Assembly: GCA_977017645.1 (NCBI GenBank)
Contig: OZ360239.1
Coordinates: forward strand, 50,282,001-50,346,000
Source of the DNA: Torpedo marmorata
Lineage: Eukaryota
Direction: 5' to 3'
DNA: 64,000 nucleotides
Part shown: in pieces, positions 48,481-60,275 of the stretch
Numbering within the stretch: position 1 is the first letter of the stretch
How the letters are laid out: each line of letters begins with the position of its first letter
Notes under the pieces: generated by a model
Told to the model about the DNA's origin: nothing
What the model saw: only the letters and a program-made list of their open reading frames with translations
The model's database searches: none
Translations under genes and position numbers: made by a program

Positions 48481-49439
48481 AACTATTCTTTGTTTATATG
48501 CAAAGATCTTATACATATACAAAATATACATATATAAAAATAAATAAATAAATATTGCTTAGTAAAGATTAGTGTCTTGGATGGTTAGTGTGAGCATTTC
48601 CTTTGGTCGTTCAGCATTCTCACTGCCCATGGGAAGAAACTGTTTCTCAGCCTGGTGGTGCTGGCTCTGGTACTCCAGTATCTCTTTTCCGACGGGAGTA
48701 GTTGAAAGATGCTGTGTGCAGGGTGGTAGGGGTCGTCAACGATTTTGCACGTCCTCTGCAGACAACGATCCCAGTAGATCACGTCGATGGGGGGAAGGGA
48801 GACCCCAGAGATCATCTCTGTCACTCTTATGGTCCTGTAGATTGACCTCCGATCCAATTCTCTACAGCAACCGTACCACACTGTGATACTGTTATAACAT
48901 ACCATAAGGACTGTTATGAGGTTGAGGTTACTTTTGCCAATACTATCATGTATAGATGAATTTCAGTAAGTGGTTTGGTGATAACAAGATAAAGCTGATT
49001 TAGTAAAATTGTTGTTTTGCAGACCCAGTCTGGCAGCTATGTTCTTCAGGGCTTGCCCACCTCACTCTGTTGTGGTGCTACTGTTGATAGTGGATATTGA
49101 AGCTCTCCCATCCAGAATATATTCTATGTCACTGCTACTTTCACTGCTGATGATAAGAAACAAGATAGTGTGGGTTGTGGGAATGATGCAGATACGTGTA
49201 GTGCATTGGCAAGGACATGGAATTGGAATATAAAGTCAAATAATGGCAATTTTCTTTGGCAGAAAAAATGGAAAGGCAACGTATTTTTTTAAATAGTGGA
49301 TGACTGAAAGGAATTGGTGTTCAGAGGGAGCTGAGCATTCTTGTACTCAAATCACTGAAAGTCAGCAAGCAGTTAGAAGAGTAAATGGTATGTTGGCCAA
49401 TACTGCAAGAGAATTTGAGAACAAAACAGGAAACATTAT

Positions 49440-49966
49440 TGTAAGAGCCAAAGGCTCGGTTCTTACCTTAATCGCGGCGTTCTGATGGTCTCAGCGGGTG
49501 TCGGAGGACTCACGGAGATTAGTAGGCCGTGCTAGGACTATTGACTACTCTGCGCATGCGCAGGAGTGCCGATGAGTGCATGCGCAGTGGGGAGGTGGCT
49601 GGAGCATGCGCGGTGGAGCATGCACGCGAATCGGGAAAGAAGTATAAAAAAAACATGGCGACGTAGAGGAGGGTGAGCGAGATCATCATAGTTTTCATTG
49701 ACCGTTATTAATGACGTTATAAAGGATCGTTTTAAAGGAACGTTATTAAGAATCGTTATTAAGCATCGTTATCAAGGATTGTTATCAAGGATTGTTTATA
49801 TTTCGTTAAAGAAGATATTTAAGTTATTGAAGATTGCTACAAGTCATCATGTGTTAATAAACATTTTGAACATATTGGATTTTGTTAGTAAATTAATTGA
49901 AATGTGTCAAGAACAAGTGTCTCACCGAGCCTCCAAGTGACTATTTATTGGATTGAAGTCACTACA
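49440..49966 (+). repeat. 5' LTR of BEL-2
   Basis: tgtaagagcc...gtcactaca; TATA box at 49643, AATAAA at about 49856, GCGCATGCGC motifs. Confidence 0.93.
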
Positions 49967-49971
49967 ATTTA

Positions 49972-49984
49972 GTCAATGAAAACT
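49972..49984 (+). promoter_or_regulatory. Non-canonical PBS-position sequence of BEL-2, complementary to its own LTR
   Basis: GTCAATGAAAACT, 5 nt after the LTR; exact reverse complement of 49690-49702 AGTTTTCATTGAC. Confidence 0.75.
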
Positions 49985-50424
49985 TATTGTTTGGAACAGA
50001 AAATTGAAGAATAGAAGATAGAATAAGCTCTCTGTGCTTTGGATTGATATTTAAAATAAGATGGTGGCCATCTTGGAAATGCCTCGAGTGAGGGGCAGTT
50101 TGTAATCAACATCCATCTGCCATGAGTAACAGCCAGAGAAGGATTCAGAGCTTCTAATCTTATAGTAAAGTATCCTATAAATACGTTGGTGAAACCATTT
50201 CTTGAAAATCAGTGATATTATTGACGGATGCTGCGGTGGAAACTCATTTGTTAATAGCAGCATATTACAACCATCTGAAGCGGTAGGCATAAGTCTATGG
50301 ATTCCTTCTGTGTATCTTTGGCAAGTTTGAGCACAGTTTGGATTTGCTGCCGCTAGTCCTTTGGGGACTGTTGATATGGCTAGAGTTGTGCATTCTCGAC
50401 GGACGGTGGAACAAGACGAGGAAA

Positions 50425-53236
50425 ATGGCCGCAGCAGCCGCTGATGTTGCTGTTGAGGAACAACTTATTGAAGACATGAATGTTGTGGATCTCAAAGAAG
50501 AATTGAGGTGACGGAAACTAGACACAAGTGGAAATAAAAATGTTCTCATTGCAAGACTGAAGCTGGCAAAAGTAGAAGAGGCGGCGGCTTCAGTTGATGG
50601 GAATGAAGACATTGCAAACTCATTGCAGAAGACAACGACTGAACATGAAGACAGCAACATGGAAATGGTTGAAGATGTGTCACCAAATGGTGATGAAGAA
50701 AATGAAGGGGATGAAGATGCAAAGGATGTACAATTTGAATTGGAGAAAGAGGTAAGTAAGAAGACAACATCTGACCTGCAGGACGAAATACAAGCAAGTG
50801 ACAGTGTGTCAAATGTTGAAAGCAGGAGAAGAAAACAAAGTTCTTCTGGTTCAAGCTCAAGAGTTTCTCGTACTTCAAGTTCTGCATCGTCAAGTACAAA
50901 GATTGAAGCTAACTTGGCTGCTCTTCTTGCACAACAAAATTCCCTTAAGGATAAACATATTTTAGAAGGACAGGAGGAGCAGCTAAGGCAAAAGGAGGAG
51001 CAGCGAAAGCAGCAGCTAAGGCAGAACCAGGAGCAGCTAAGGCAGCAGCTAAGGCAGAACCAGGAGCAGCTAAGGCAAAAGGAGGAGCAGCTAAGGCAGC
51101 AGCTAAGGCAGAACCAGGAGCAGCTAAGGAGCTGGAAGCAAATATTGCTATTGCCAGGGCCAGAGTGAAGGTACTAGAAGGCTCAATGGTATTGGTGCTC
51201 GGAGTAAATTATCTAAAGTGTATGATAATAAGAAGTCATATTTTAAAAAAGAGCTGTAGGAAAAGAAACCAGCAAAAAAAGGCAGATATTTTAGTACAAC
51301 GGGTACTTGCAAATACAAGGACAAATTCTCCAAGAGCATGGTGTTATCGAGTCACATGTACCAGTGGTAACATCCGAAGACAAAGCTGCGGCTTGGGTTT
51401 GGTCAAACGCCGCAGATCCTTTGGCATTAGAGTCAAGCATCAGAAATACGGGAGAAACTACACCAGTGAGGTTTCCAGATACATTACCTGTTACAAGAGG
51501 CGGTGAATGGAGCAATGTATTATCAGCCATGGGAAGACAAAATGAAATTGCTGCATCATTAATTCAGTTACAGTCTCTCTCTACTTTGCCCAAGAAAGAG
51601 ATACAAACTTTTGATGGTGATCCACTTCAGTTCATGAGATCTTTTAGACGCTATATTGAAAATAAGTGTCAAGACCCTGAAGAATGTCTTTATTATTTGG
51701 AAATGTTTACAAAAGGACAGCTAAGGGAACTTGTAAAGAGTTGTCAACATAGGTCTTTGGATTAGACAGAGCTAAGTCTTTACTAGAACAGCATTTTGGC
51801 AACAAGCATCAAATTGCTTTAGCTTATATGAATAAAGCTCTTAAATGGACATCAATAAAACCGAATGATTTAAAAGCTCTACAAGCATACAGTCTCTTTT
51901 TAAGAGGATGTTGTAATGCCATGGAAGATATCAATAATATTTGTGAGCTTGATCTGCCTGGTAATATGCGAATCATCTTAGATAAATTACCTTACAAGAT
52001 GTGTGATAGATGGAGAAATTTAGCTTGTGTTTTCCAAGAAAAATACGATCAAAGAGCTACCTTAAAGGATTTGGTAGATTTTCTTGAATGACAAGTGTAC
52101 ACTGAAACAGATCCAATATATGGAAATACCAGAGACAATTCAATGGGGAACAAAGATGTAAGGTGGTCTAACTCACAGCCTAGTCCGAAATTGAAAAGGA
52201 GTACTTTTGTTACAGCTGTGTCAGTTATAAATAAAGAAAAAGATAAAGTAAATAAGGAAAAGGAGAGTTTGCCTAAGAGAAAAGTTGTTTGTTCTGTAAA
52301 GGTGGACATGCTTTGGAAATGTGTTTAAGGTTGGAAAAGAAGGAACATATTGAGAAGATCGCTTTCTTAAAGGAAAACGATGTTTTAGCTGTCTGTGTAA
52401 AGGGCACATCAGTAAAAATTGCGAGAAGTGAATTAACGGTAACATATGCAATTTGAAGCATCGTAGAATGTTGCATATACATCAAAGAAACAAGGAATTG
52501 GAAAAGGAGCAAACAGAAACAAAGGAAACATCAGACAAGTGGTCTTACTAGGGCCGGTGTGGATAACTGCAAACTTTCAATAGTGCCTGTACAAGTCAAG
52601 ACCAAGAAAGGGAATGCAACAGTACATACATATGCATTTCTCGACCCAGGCAGCACTGCATCTTTTTGCACGGTGGGACTAGTTAACAAAATTAATCTTC
52701 AAGGAAGAAGGTCAAGGATTATGTTGAAAACCATGGGACAAGAAAAGGTCGTTGAAACCAGCATTGTTTCAGGCTTAGAGGTTGCTGGATTGCATGACAA
52801 AGAATTTTATGATCTTCCAAGTTTATACACTCAGAAGACTATGCCTGTGCACGAAGGAAACATTCCGCATCAAAATGATATCCCTCATTTGTCTTATCTG
52901 TGGAAGGTTTATTTACCTGAAGTTAATTCTGAGGTAGAGATGCTGATTGGTTCAAATGTACCAAAAGTTTTGGAACCACTAAAAGTAATACGGAGTAGAG
53001 GGAATGAACCTTACGCTGTTAGAACCAAGTTTGGTTGGACAATCAATAGACCATTAGAAAGAAATAATGATATTGCACAGGAACAGTTAGCGATAAATGT
53101 TAACAGGATTTCAGTTGTGAAATTTGATGAGTTAAGGGAGCAGCAAAAGACTGTAAATAAGAAAGTCAGTTTTGAACAAAAGAAAACAGATCAATGTGAA
53201 AATCAATCAAAGGTATTTAAAACAACATTGAAATAA
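50425..53236 (+). pseudogene. gag: BEL-2 gag-protease with N-terminal SAP domain, disrupted
   Basis: ATG at 50425 (aaaATGG): MAAAAADVAVEEQLIEDMNVVDLKEELR*RKLDTSGNKNVLIARLKLA, in frame with ORF 50623-51168; DUF1759-like 51307-52091; protease AFLDPGSTASF in 52559-53236. Confidence 0.85.
50969..51132 (+). repeat. In-frame minisatellite coding (E/Q)QLRQ repeats
   Basis: Repeated gagcagctaaggcag / cagaaccag units; BEL-1 has a single EEQEE-L unit at this position. Confidence 0.85.
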
Positions 53237-54390
53237 TTATTTTCATCAGAAATGGATGATAATGAAGTATTAGAAGATGTTGCAAATAATACTAGTGAGT
53301 ATTCCTGTGTAATTGAATCTGAGGCAGGAATAAAGCAAATGACTGAGAACAAATGTGAAAGTAGATTTTGTAGCTGAGGTTACAGCAGACAAGGTAAATA
53401 AAGAAATGTTGCAACATGATGCAAAACTGGCGAACGCAGAAAATTGTGCTGATACAATAAAGAAGCATGTGACTGATAATTTAATGCAATTGAATTCAGA
53501 GAACAAAATGTTGAAAAGGGAATTGGAAATATTGGATAATCATGAAAACAGTAAACAAAGATTTAATTGTAAATAAAATTCGCAAAGTCAGAAAGTTGAA
53601 GAAAAGAATAACTGCTGAAGAAATAAATAGTTATTGAGGAAAGAGATTCAGCATTATCAAGATATAAAAGGTTGGAGGAAGAGATTCATCTTTTGAAAGA
53701 GAACAAGTTATTGGTTAATAACACAAAACAGCTGACTACAGAAAACAATCAAGAATATAAATTGAAGGTTCAGCTACTAACAATGCAGAAAGAAAGTGAT
53801 ATTGCATTGCAGCAATGTAACAAGCAAGATGAAGAAATTCAAACATTGCAAGTTTACCATAGTGGGATTGACAATAGAAGTATCAATATATCACATGATA
53901 TTTTCACTTCAAATCAAGTTATTAATTTCTCGGAAGAAAATGAGACTGAATCGAAAGTTGCGAAATTCAATATGGAATTGAAGGAAAAAGCAATAGAAAC
54001 CACAGTGGTTGAAAAGACTGCAGTTTTAGTTAAAGGAATTTGTATGAGCCATAAGTGGAACCTGTCTACTTATTTACAGAAGGTTTCTACAAATGTTGTG
54101 GATGTTGATGAGTTTGAAGAACTAATATTGTTTGAATATTATCTTTGTATGATCAACTGTGGAAAAGAAAGAAAAGGATGAGCAAATCTGTTGCAAGAAA
54201 GGTTAAAGAGACTCGTTTATTAAAATCGAGAGGATCAGATAAATATTCAAAATCTGGTTCTGAAAGTTCATATTATTCCTATGAGAAACGACATGCTGAA
54301 GAAGTACCTCATGTTAAATTCAAAAGGAAAACAGTATCTATTTTGTCTGAGGAAGATTTGAGGTTTACTGGTCGACGTTTTAACTCAAAG
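53145..54390 (+). pseudogene. AT-rich, coiled-coil-coding cargo replacing pol in BEL-2
   Basis: E/K/Q/L-rich ORF pieces 53355-53576, 53672-54181 and 54145-54414 with no RT or integrase motifs; BEL-1 homology stops after NRISVVKFDEL.EQQ and resumes at gaactttga. Confidence 0.6.
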
Positions 54391-54624
54391 ATTCTGGAGA
54401 TAAAAGAACTTTGATAAATACAAACTGACTGTATTTTGTTGTTTTTGTATACTACACAGGTTACAGAATTTATTGATCCAGAGTGATGGTAAACTCTGGT
54501 CTTATGAAGAAATAAGAAAGAAGATTTGTATATTATTTGAATGTTATATGATTATTGTTATTTGTAATTGATTGTGTAATTATTATTTCAGACATTACGT
54601 CTCATTATAATAATTAGGGGCCGG

Positions 54625-55153
54625 TGTAAGAGCCAAAGGCTCGGTTCTTACCTTTATCGCGGCGTTCCGATGGTCTCAGCGGGTGTCGGAGGAGTCACGG
54701 AGATTAGTAGGCCATGCTAGGCCTATTGACTACTCTGCGCATGCGCGGGAGTGCCGACAGGCGCATGCGCAGTGGGGAGGTGACTGGAGTATGCGCGGTG
54801 GAGTATGCGCGGAGGAGCATGCACGTGAATCGGGAAAGAAGTATAAAAAAAAACATGGCGACGTAGAGGAGGGTGAGTGAGATCGTCATAGTTTTCATTG
54901 ACCGTTATTAAAGACGTTATAAAGGATCGTTTTAAAGGAACGTTATTAAGACTCGTTATTAAGCATTGTTATCAAGGATTGTTTATATTTCGTTAAAGAA
55001 GATATTTAAGTTATTGAAGATTGCTACAAGTCATCATGTGTTAATAAACATTTTGAACATATTGGACTTTGTTAGTAAATTAATTGAAATGCGTCAAGAA
55101 CAAGTGTCTCACCTAGCCTCCAAGTGACTATTTATTGGATTGAAGTCACTACA
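54625..55153 (+). repeat. 3' LTR of BEL-2
   Basis: Matches 49440-49966; preceded by TAATTAGGGGCCGG. Confidence 0.93.
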
Positions 55154-56518
55154 ATTATGTTTCAATTATATAGAACCTTAGTAAGACTGGTTCTTAAATA
55201 TCTTCCTTGTTTGGTCTCCCAACTCAAGTAAGGATATATATGATAGATGAAATGTAGCAAAGGATCACCATACTGATTCTTTTAGTGACTTTTTTGTGAG
55301 GAGAGATAAAGGCCCTGTAAAGTCTAAGGTTTAGAAGAATGGGAGATGCTGTCACTGAAATGCACAAAATTGTCACAGGGCTTGACAAGGTGGATGCTAA
55401 GTTGTTTCCCTAGGCTGGAATGCCTCGAGCCTGTGATCACAGTATAAAATAAGGCACCAGCCAATCAGGAATGAGATGAAAATAGTTTCATTCACCCAGA
55501 GTGTTGGAATTCTCCATCCAGAAGGACTTCAAAGTTGCAGTCACTGAGCATGTTCTAGACAGAAATCAACAAATATTTTGACATTAAGGGAATCAGTGAT
55601 ATAAAATCTATGCAGGAAGTGGTTCTGAGGTAAAAGATCAACTGTGATTTTTTTTGAATGTCTGAGCAGGTACGAGGGGCTGAATGGACTTCTCCTGTCT
55701 CTATTTTTGTATGTTTATATTCCAGGTTTGCTCAATATGACACTGAATTATCAGTTGTGAGAGGTTGGAAATAGGTAATTAGGAGAAGGTTTTCTTGCTC
55801 ATGTTTGCCCTGACACCATGGGACTTCCATGAGGCCTCGTCATTTTTCAGGATTCTCAGGTCAATTCCTTCCTGTGAACAAGTATCTGTATTGCCCCCTC
55901 TGGTGGGACAGGATGTAACCAAGTATCTTGAATGAGGAATCTGGCATCTTGCCTATAGGATATAATTCTAAGTAGGCATATTAGATTGGTGATTAACTTG
56001 CCTTTTGGGATAGTCATCACTTTAGACACGTTCCCTGATGTTTGTGAGGACAGGGAACAACTTTTCCATATTGAAACTGATTGTTTTGATTAATTCCTAA
56101 TGGTCTTTCTGATTTTTTTTTTGTTACACAACCAAGGTCAGCGTGGAGTCATGCATTTATCAACCCTAATCTAGCTTAATTCACAAAGAACTATTTAAGT
56201 TGAAAGCTCCAATTTTCCATCTGATCATATGCATTGCAAAATGTGATTAATTTGGCATCTACATTTTATTTTGACTGAAATACTGTACCATGAAAAATCC
56301 ATAGTAATCAGCGTCGGGTAGGAAGCATATCCATGATGGTATGATTAATGTGCTTTCACTGCATTCTGAGAAAAATATAAGCAGAATAAAAGCAGAATTT
56401 GCACACCATTAATTGGTCTTTCATTCTGATGAAAGAGAAACTGGTAGTTTATTTTCAACCCAAGGAGGGATAGGATTGTTGAGAAGATAAAAAATTTCAA
56501 TGAAGAATGTGAAGGAAA

Positions 56519-57710
56519 TCTCTCGAAGAATGCCTCTGTATCAAAATAATCTTATCCCATTTACTGTTGATAATTATTTATTTAAAATTTGGTTCCAAAA
56601 GGGAATTAAGGAAATAAATGATTGTTTTGAAGCGGGTAAATTTATTATGTTTCAAAGAATGAAGGATAAGTTTAATGTAGCAAATAATACAATCCTTGCT
56701 TACTATCAAATCAGAGCATTTTTAGTTGAAAGGTTGGGCCATAGTTTGATTTTACCAAGACAGACGGAATTGGAATTATTAGTTACTACTGGAGGTGTTC
56801 CTAAATTTATTTCTCAAATGTATGTATAGATTGTTACAGAAAAAATTGCCTAAGCCAGGAATTCACAAATCAAGATTAAAGTGGGAAGCAGATTTGAATG
56901 TAACAATAGATGAAGAACACTGGAGGGAATTATGTAAACAAAGTATGACAAAGATTATTAATGTTAGATATAGATTGGTGCAATATAATTTTTTTCATCA
57001 ATTATATTTAACATCTAAAAGACTAAAGAAATTTAATCCGACATTATCTGGTTTATGTTTTAGATGTAATAGTGAGGAAGGTTCCTTTGTACATTCTACA
57101 TGGCTTTGTCCAAAGATGCAGGATTTCTGGTTGAAAGTTAAAAAGTTTTTGGACAAAGTATTAAGAATTACACTCCCAATGGATCCTATGATATTTTTGT
57201 TTGGAGATATTAAAGGAACCAGTGTTAAAATGAAATTAGATATGTATCAAACAGAATTTTTACGTATTGCTTTGGCCGTTTCTAAGAAATGTATTGCCAT
57301 TACATGGAAATCAGATGTAGATTTAGGGTTAGAAAGATGGCATGCTGAATTGCGTTCATGTATACCACTTGAAAAAATTACTTATAATTTACGTAATAAA
57401 TATCATTTCTTTTTGAAAATATGGAGCCCATATATAAAAACTGTCGGTTTAAGGATTTGAGGATCTACACATATTGGATCTGACTGGCGGACCTGTGTTC
57501 CACTATAAAATTAGGTTATAGTAGTTTTGTTTAGAGTGATATTCTCCTTACTTTATCTTTTTCTTCTCTCTTTCTTTCTTTTCGGGAGGGTTAGGGAGGG
57601 GAGGGAGGGAGGGAGGAAGGGGGGTGAAAATGTATCACATGTAAATTGATAACTTTGCAGTTTAAGCTATGTACTGTGTGATTTAAAATTTTAAATAAAA
57701 TATTAAAAAA
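56519..57710 (+). mobile_element. L1-clade LINE 3' fragment (copy 3, longest)
   Basis: ORFs 56500-56829 and 56795-57460 with CCHC motif; A tail; 16-bp TSD AAGAATGTGAAGGAAA (56503-56518 / 57711-57726). Confidence 0.92.
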
Positions 57711-58504
57711 AAGAATGTGAAGGAAAAAAGTGCATATTGAAAATCCCCTGAAGGAAATGCTTTTATTGGAATGCAGAGTCTGATTCTGAGTGCGTTGTTT
57801 ATTTCCAATTGCCTGCAGCTCTGAATGGGCTGAAAATGTGCCATAACCTATAAGCTAGTTTCAGCTCCTGATCATTTTGAAGTTGTTCTTTCGTGTTGGC
57901 TGCTAGAAAGGGTACTGCATAATCCTGGAGATATAACAGGAAACAAAAACATACATTTTTATAAAATTTTGTCTCTAGCCAGGAGGTTCCGAAGTGCTTT
58001 AGAGCCAGTATAATTTTATTTTGACGTGAATTCACTGTTGTAGGCTGTCTTGAAACTAAATGAACTTGAAAGTTGGACGTGACAAAATTCTGCTATATGC
58101 CAGTTTTAGACTCATGCCAGTCACCATGTGACAAATAAAGGTTTCTGCACAAAATGTGGATCAACCACTTTTTTGGAGTTGGACAGATTCAAAGGTCTAG
58201 AAACTCAGTTATGTAGCACTGGTTTTGTTTATAAACTCTGCAGGAGAATGGACAATTTGCTGATAATTTGATGACAACCTGCAGTCATATAATTGTAGTA
58301 CTATTCAAACTGAGGAGTATGGGGAAAGAAATAAATGCACATTGTGTAATCACATATGGACAATGTACATCATGCTAAGCTAGCTGGGATCCATGTGTCT
58401 AATGCACCATGTGAAATGCACATAGGAACTCCCATCTTAGCAGCAGGAAGAACCACCAGCCACCATCACCACCCTTACCCAACACACTACCATTACCACC
58501 TAGT

Positions 58505-58697
58505 GCTCAGTGGTTAGAGCACTGGTCTTGTAAACCAGGGGTTGCGAGTTTATTCCTCACTGGGGCCTCATTTCTGTAAGGTGCGCTGGACAAAGTAGCG
58601 ACTCTCTGTCTTCCTTAAGGTAGACAAAGTTAAAGAATTTCATGTATGTTACATTCTAAATGTAGTATTATGTGACAATAATGGAACCTTTACCTTT
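58505..58697 (+). mobile_element. tRNA-Thr(TGT)-derived SINE, 5'-clipped
   Basis: 58505-58568 GCTCAGTGGTTAGAGCACTGGTCTTGTAAACCAGGGG..GCGAGTT...CCTC.CTGGGGCCT matches tRNA-Thr(TGT) lacking the 5' acceptor strand and with a mutated T-loop; followed by a LINE-type tail ending ACCTTTACCTTT. Confidence 0.8.
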
Positions 58698-59383
58698 ATT
58701 TAAACAAATATTGAGTTATGTTCACTTTGAGTAGATCAGGTCATTCATTAGGGTTCTACAGTGTTATATTTATCAAGAAATGTAGGAAATCCTGAGGAAG
58801 AAGGATGTTGTTCCTCACCACATTGAGGAAGATCGAGACACTGGGCCCCAGCATGACTGGGAAGAAGAGTGAGCCCAAAGGAAAGCACTCCTTACATGAA
58901 GGGGCCAAAGGAGGAGGAGAAGGAGGATTCTGGCAAGACCTCAGCTCCATTAATGTCCTTAACTGTCCCCTCTGAGTTTTCCTATAGGTCATTCACTTGT
59001 TTTAAGCCCTGTGTAAAAACACAATGGTTAAAAAAATAGTCAGACTGAATTTTGACCCAGTAAAGGCATACTCACCCACCATGCGCACTGCTATATAACT
59101 GGAGGGATCAAGCTTGGGACTTAACTTTGGCTCTAGCCAACTGAATTCTCACAGCACCAGATCAAATATCAGAAGAGGAACATCCTGTTGATTATCATTT
59201 ACTGTACTCTCTCAGCAATTCTTTGTATTAAATGCTGTTATGAAGAAGCACCAAGAATACAAAATGTCTATTTCCAAATGTAGTTTGGCAGCACTGGCAC
59301 TGACCAACCTGATTAAGTTCTGAAGGACACAGTAGCTGGCCTGGTGCTGGAAAAGCAATAGGAATAATAAACGTACTTCACTC

Positions 59384-60275
59384 TGTTACAAATTCAAACC
59401 AGCAACGACAGAAGACGCAATGCAAACGGGGTAAAATTGAAATTATTATTTATTAAACACAAGTAAACATATAATTTCACAACAATTAACCCCACTATAA
59501 ACATCTATAAACTCTATTCTTATCTAAAAGGTGTGTGTGTGTGTATAAAGCCCAGACCATTACAGTCTGTGCCCAACCCTTATGTAAAAATGGAAAAACT
59601 TTCCCCAAAAAACCCCAGGTCAGTCATAAAAAACAAGTCAGTCAAAAAAAAAGGATAATACAGTCTACAAAATCCACTCTCTAAGTTCAGGCTTCAAATT
59701 CAGCTGTGTCTGGTAGAAGTACTTCTGAATGAACGTTGGAGAGAGACAATGAATGTTTATGCTTACAAATACTTGTTTTCTTCTCTGATGACGTCCCCTT
59801 CTTGTAGGTTCATAAGGATTGCAAGTTCCAGATCAGTATACCACTGATTTAGGCGTATGCTTGAATCTCACAGCTAGTCTCGCTGATCTCACGCCTGTTC
59901 TCCACAGAAGTTGCTTTTTCTCAGAATTTCTCTGAGAAAGGAGGCCATGTGCTATCCTGTCAGTATTTTCTCTGACTTTGCACACGCCTGGATTTGGCTG
60001 TGTCTTGTAGCCTTGCAACTCACAACTCTGTGCTTTGCAGAGATCTGCCCCTGCTTTTTGCAGAAGTGAAACAAATGTATCTTGTCTAGTCTGTCTCTCT
60101 CTCTGGCCTCTCTCTGTCTGGGTACACCAAGAGTGCAACAATGTATCTTGTCTGGGTACACCAAGTAGCTGGGGAAGTTAACTCTTTCAGTACCTGGCCC
60201 CAGTGTATACTCCAAAAGACTACATCCTTCCTGCTGACCGTCCGCAGTCCAAATGGTCAGTCATGGTCCACAACA
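59384..60275. mobile_element. Probable solo LTR (892 bp), Gypsy/ERV type
   Basis: TGTT...AACA termini; 4-bp TSD ACTC (59380-59383 / 60276-60279); reverse-strand AATAAA near 59450. Confidence 0.65.

Larger units (their letters stand above)
46500..48890 (-). mobile_element. Rex1/Babar-type 3' fragment split by a CR1 insertion
   Basis: Tail at 46500-46637; body at about 48510-48890 (SITVWYG, HPAHSIFQLLPS.KRY, NSFFPWAVR.LN). Confidence 0.7.
49440..55153 (+). mobile_element. Non-autonomous BEL/Pao LTR element (BEL-2): SAP-gag-protease plus foreign cargo, lacking RT/RH/IN
   Basis: LTRs 49440-49966 and 54625-55153; 5-bp TSD ATTAT (49435-49439 / 55154-55158); PPT 54611-54624; leader, gag, protease and 3' UTR homologous to BEL-1. 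Confidence 0.93.
49200..55715 (+). mobile_element. Old CR1 3' relic that received BEL-2
   Basis: aatggtatgttggcc...gaatttgag...cattat | gtttcaattatatagaaccttagtaagac reads as continuous CR1 across the TSD; tail aggggctgaatggacttctcctg. Confidence 0.6.

Noticed and set aside
49540-49547. ATTGACTA in U3 as the pairing partner of the BEL-2 PBS
   Set aside because: Only 8 bp and upstream of the TATA box; the 13-bp match at 49690-49702 is longer and positionally conserved with BEL-1.
58505-58568. Functional tRNA-Thr gene
   Set aside because: The 5' acceptor strand is missing, the T-loop is mutated (GTTTATT), and it is followed by a retroposon tail.
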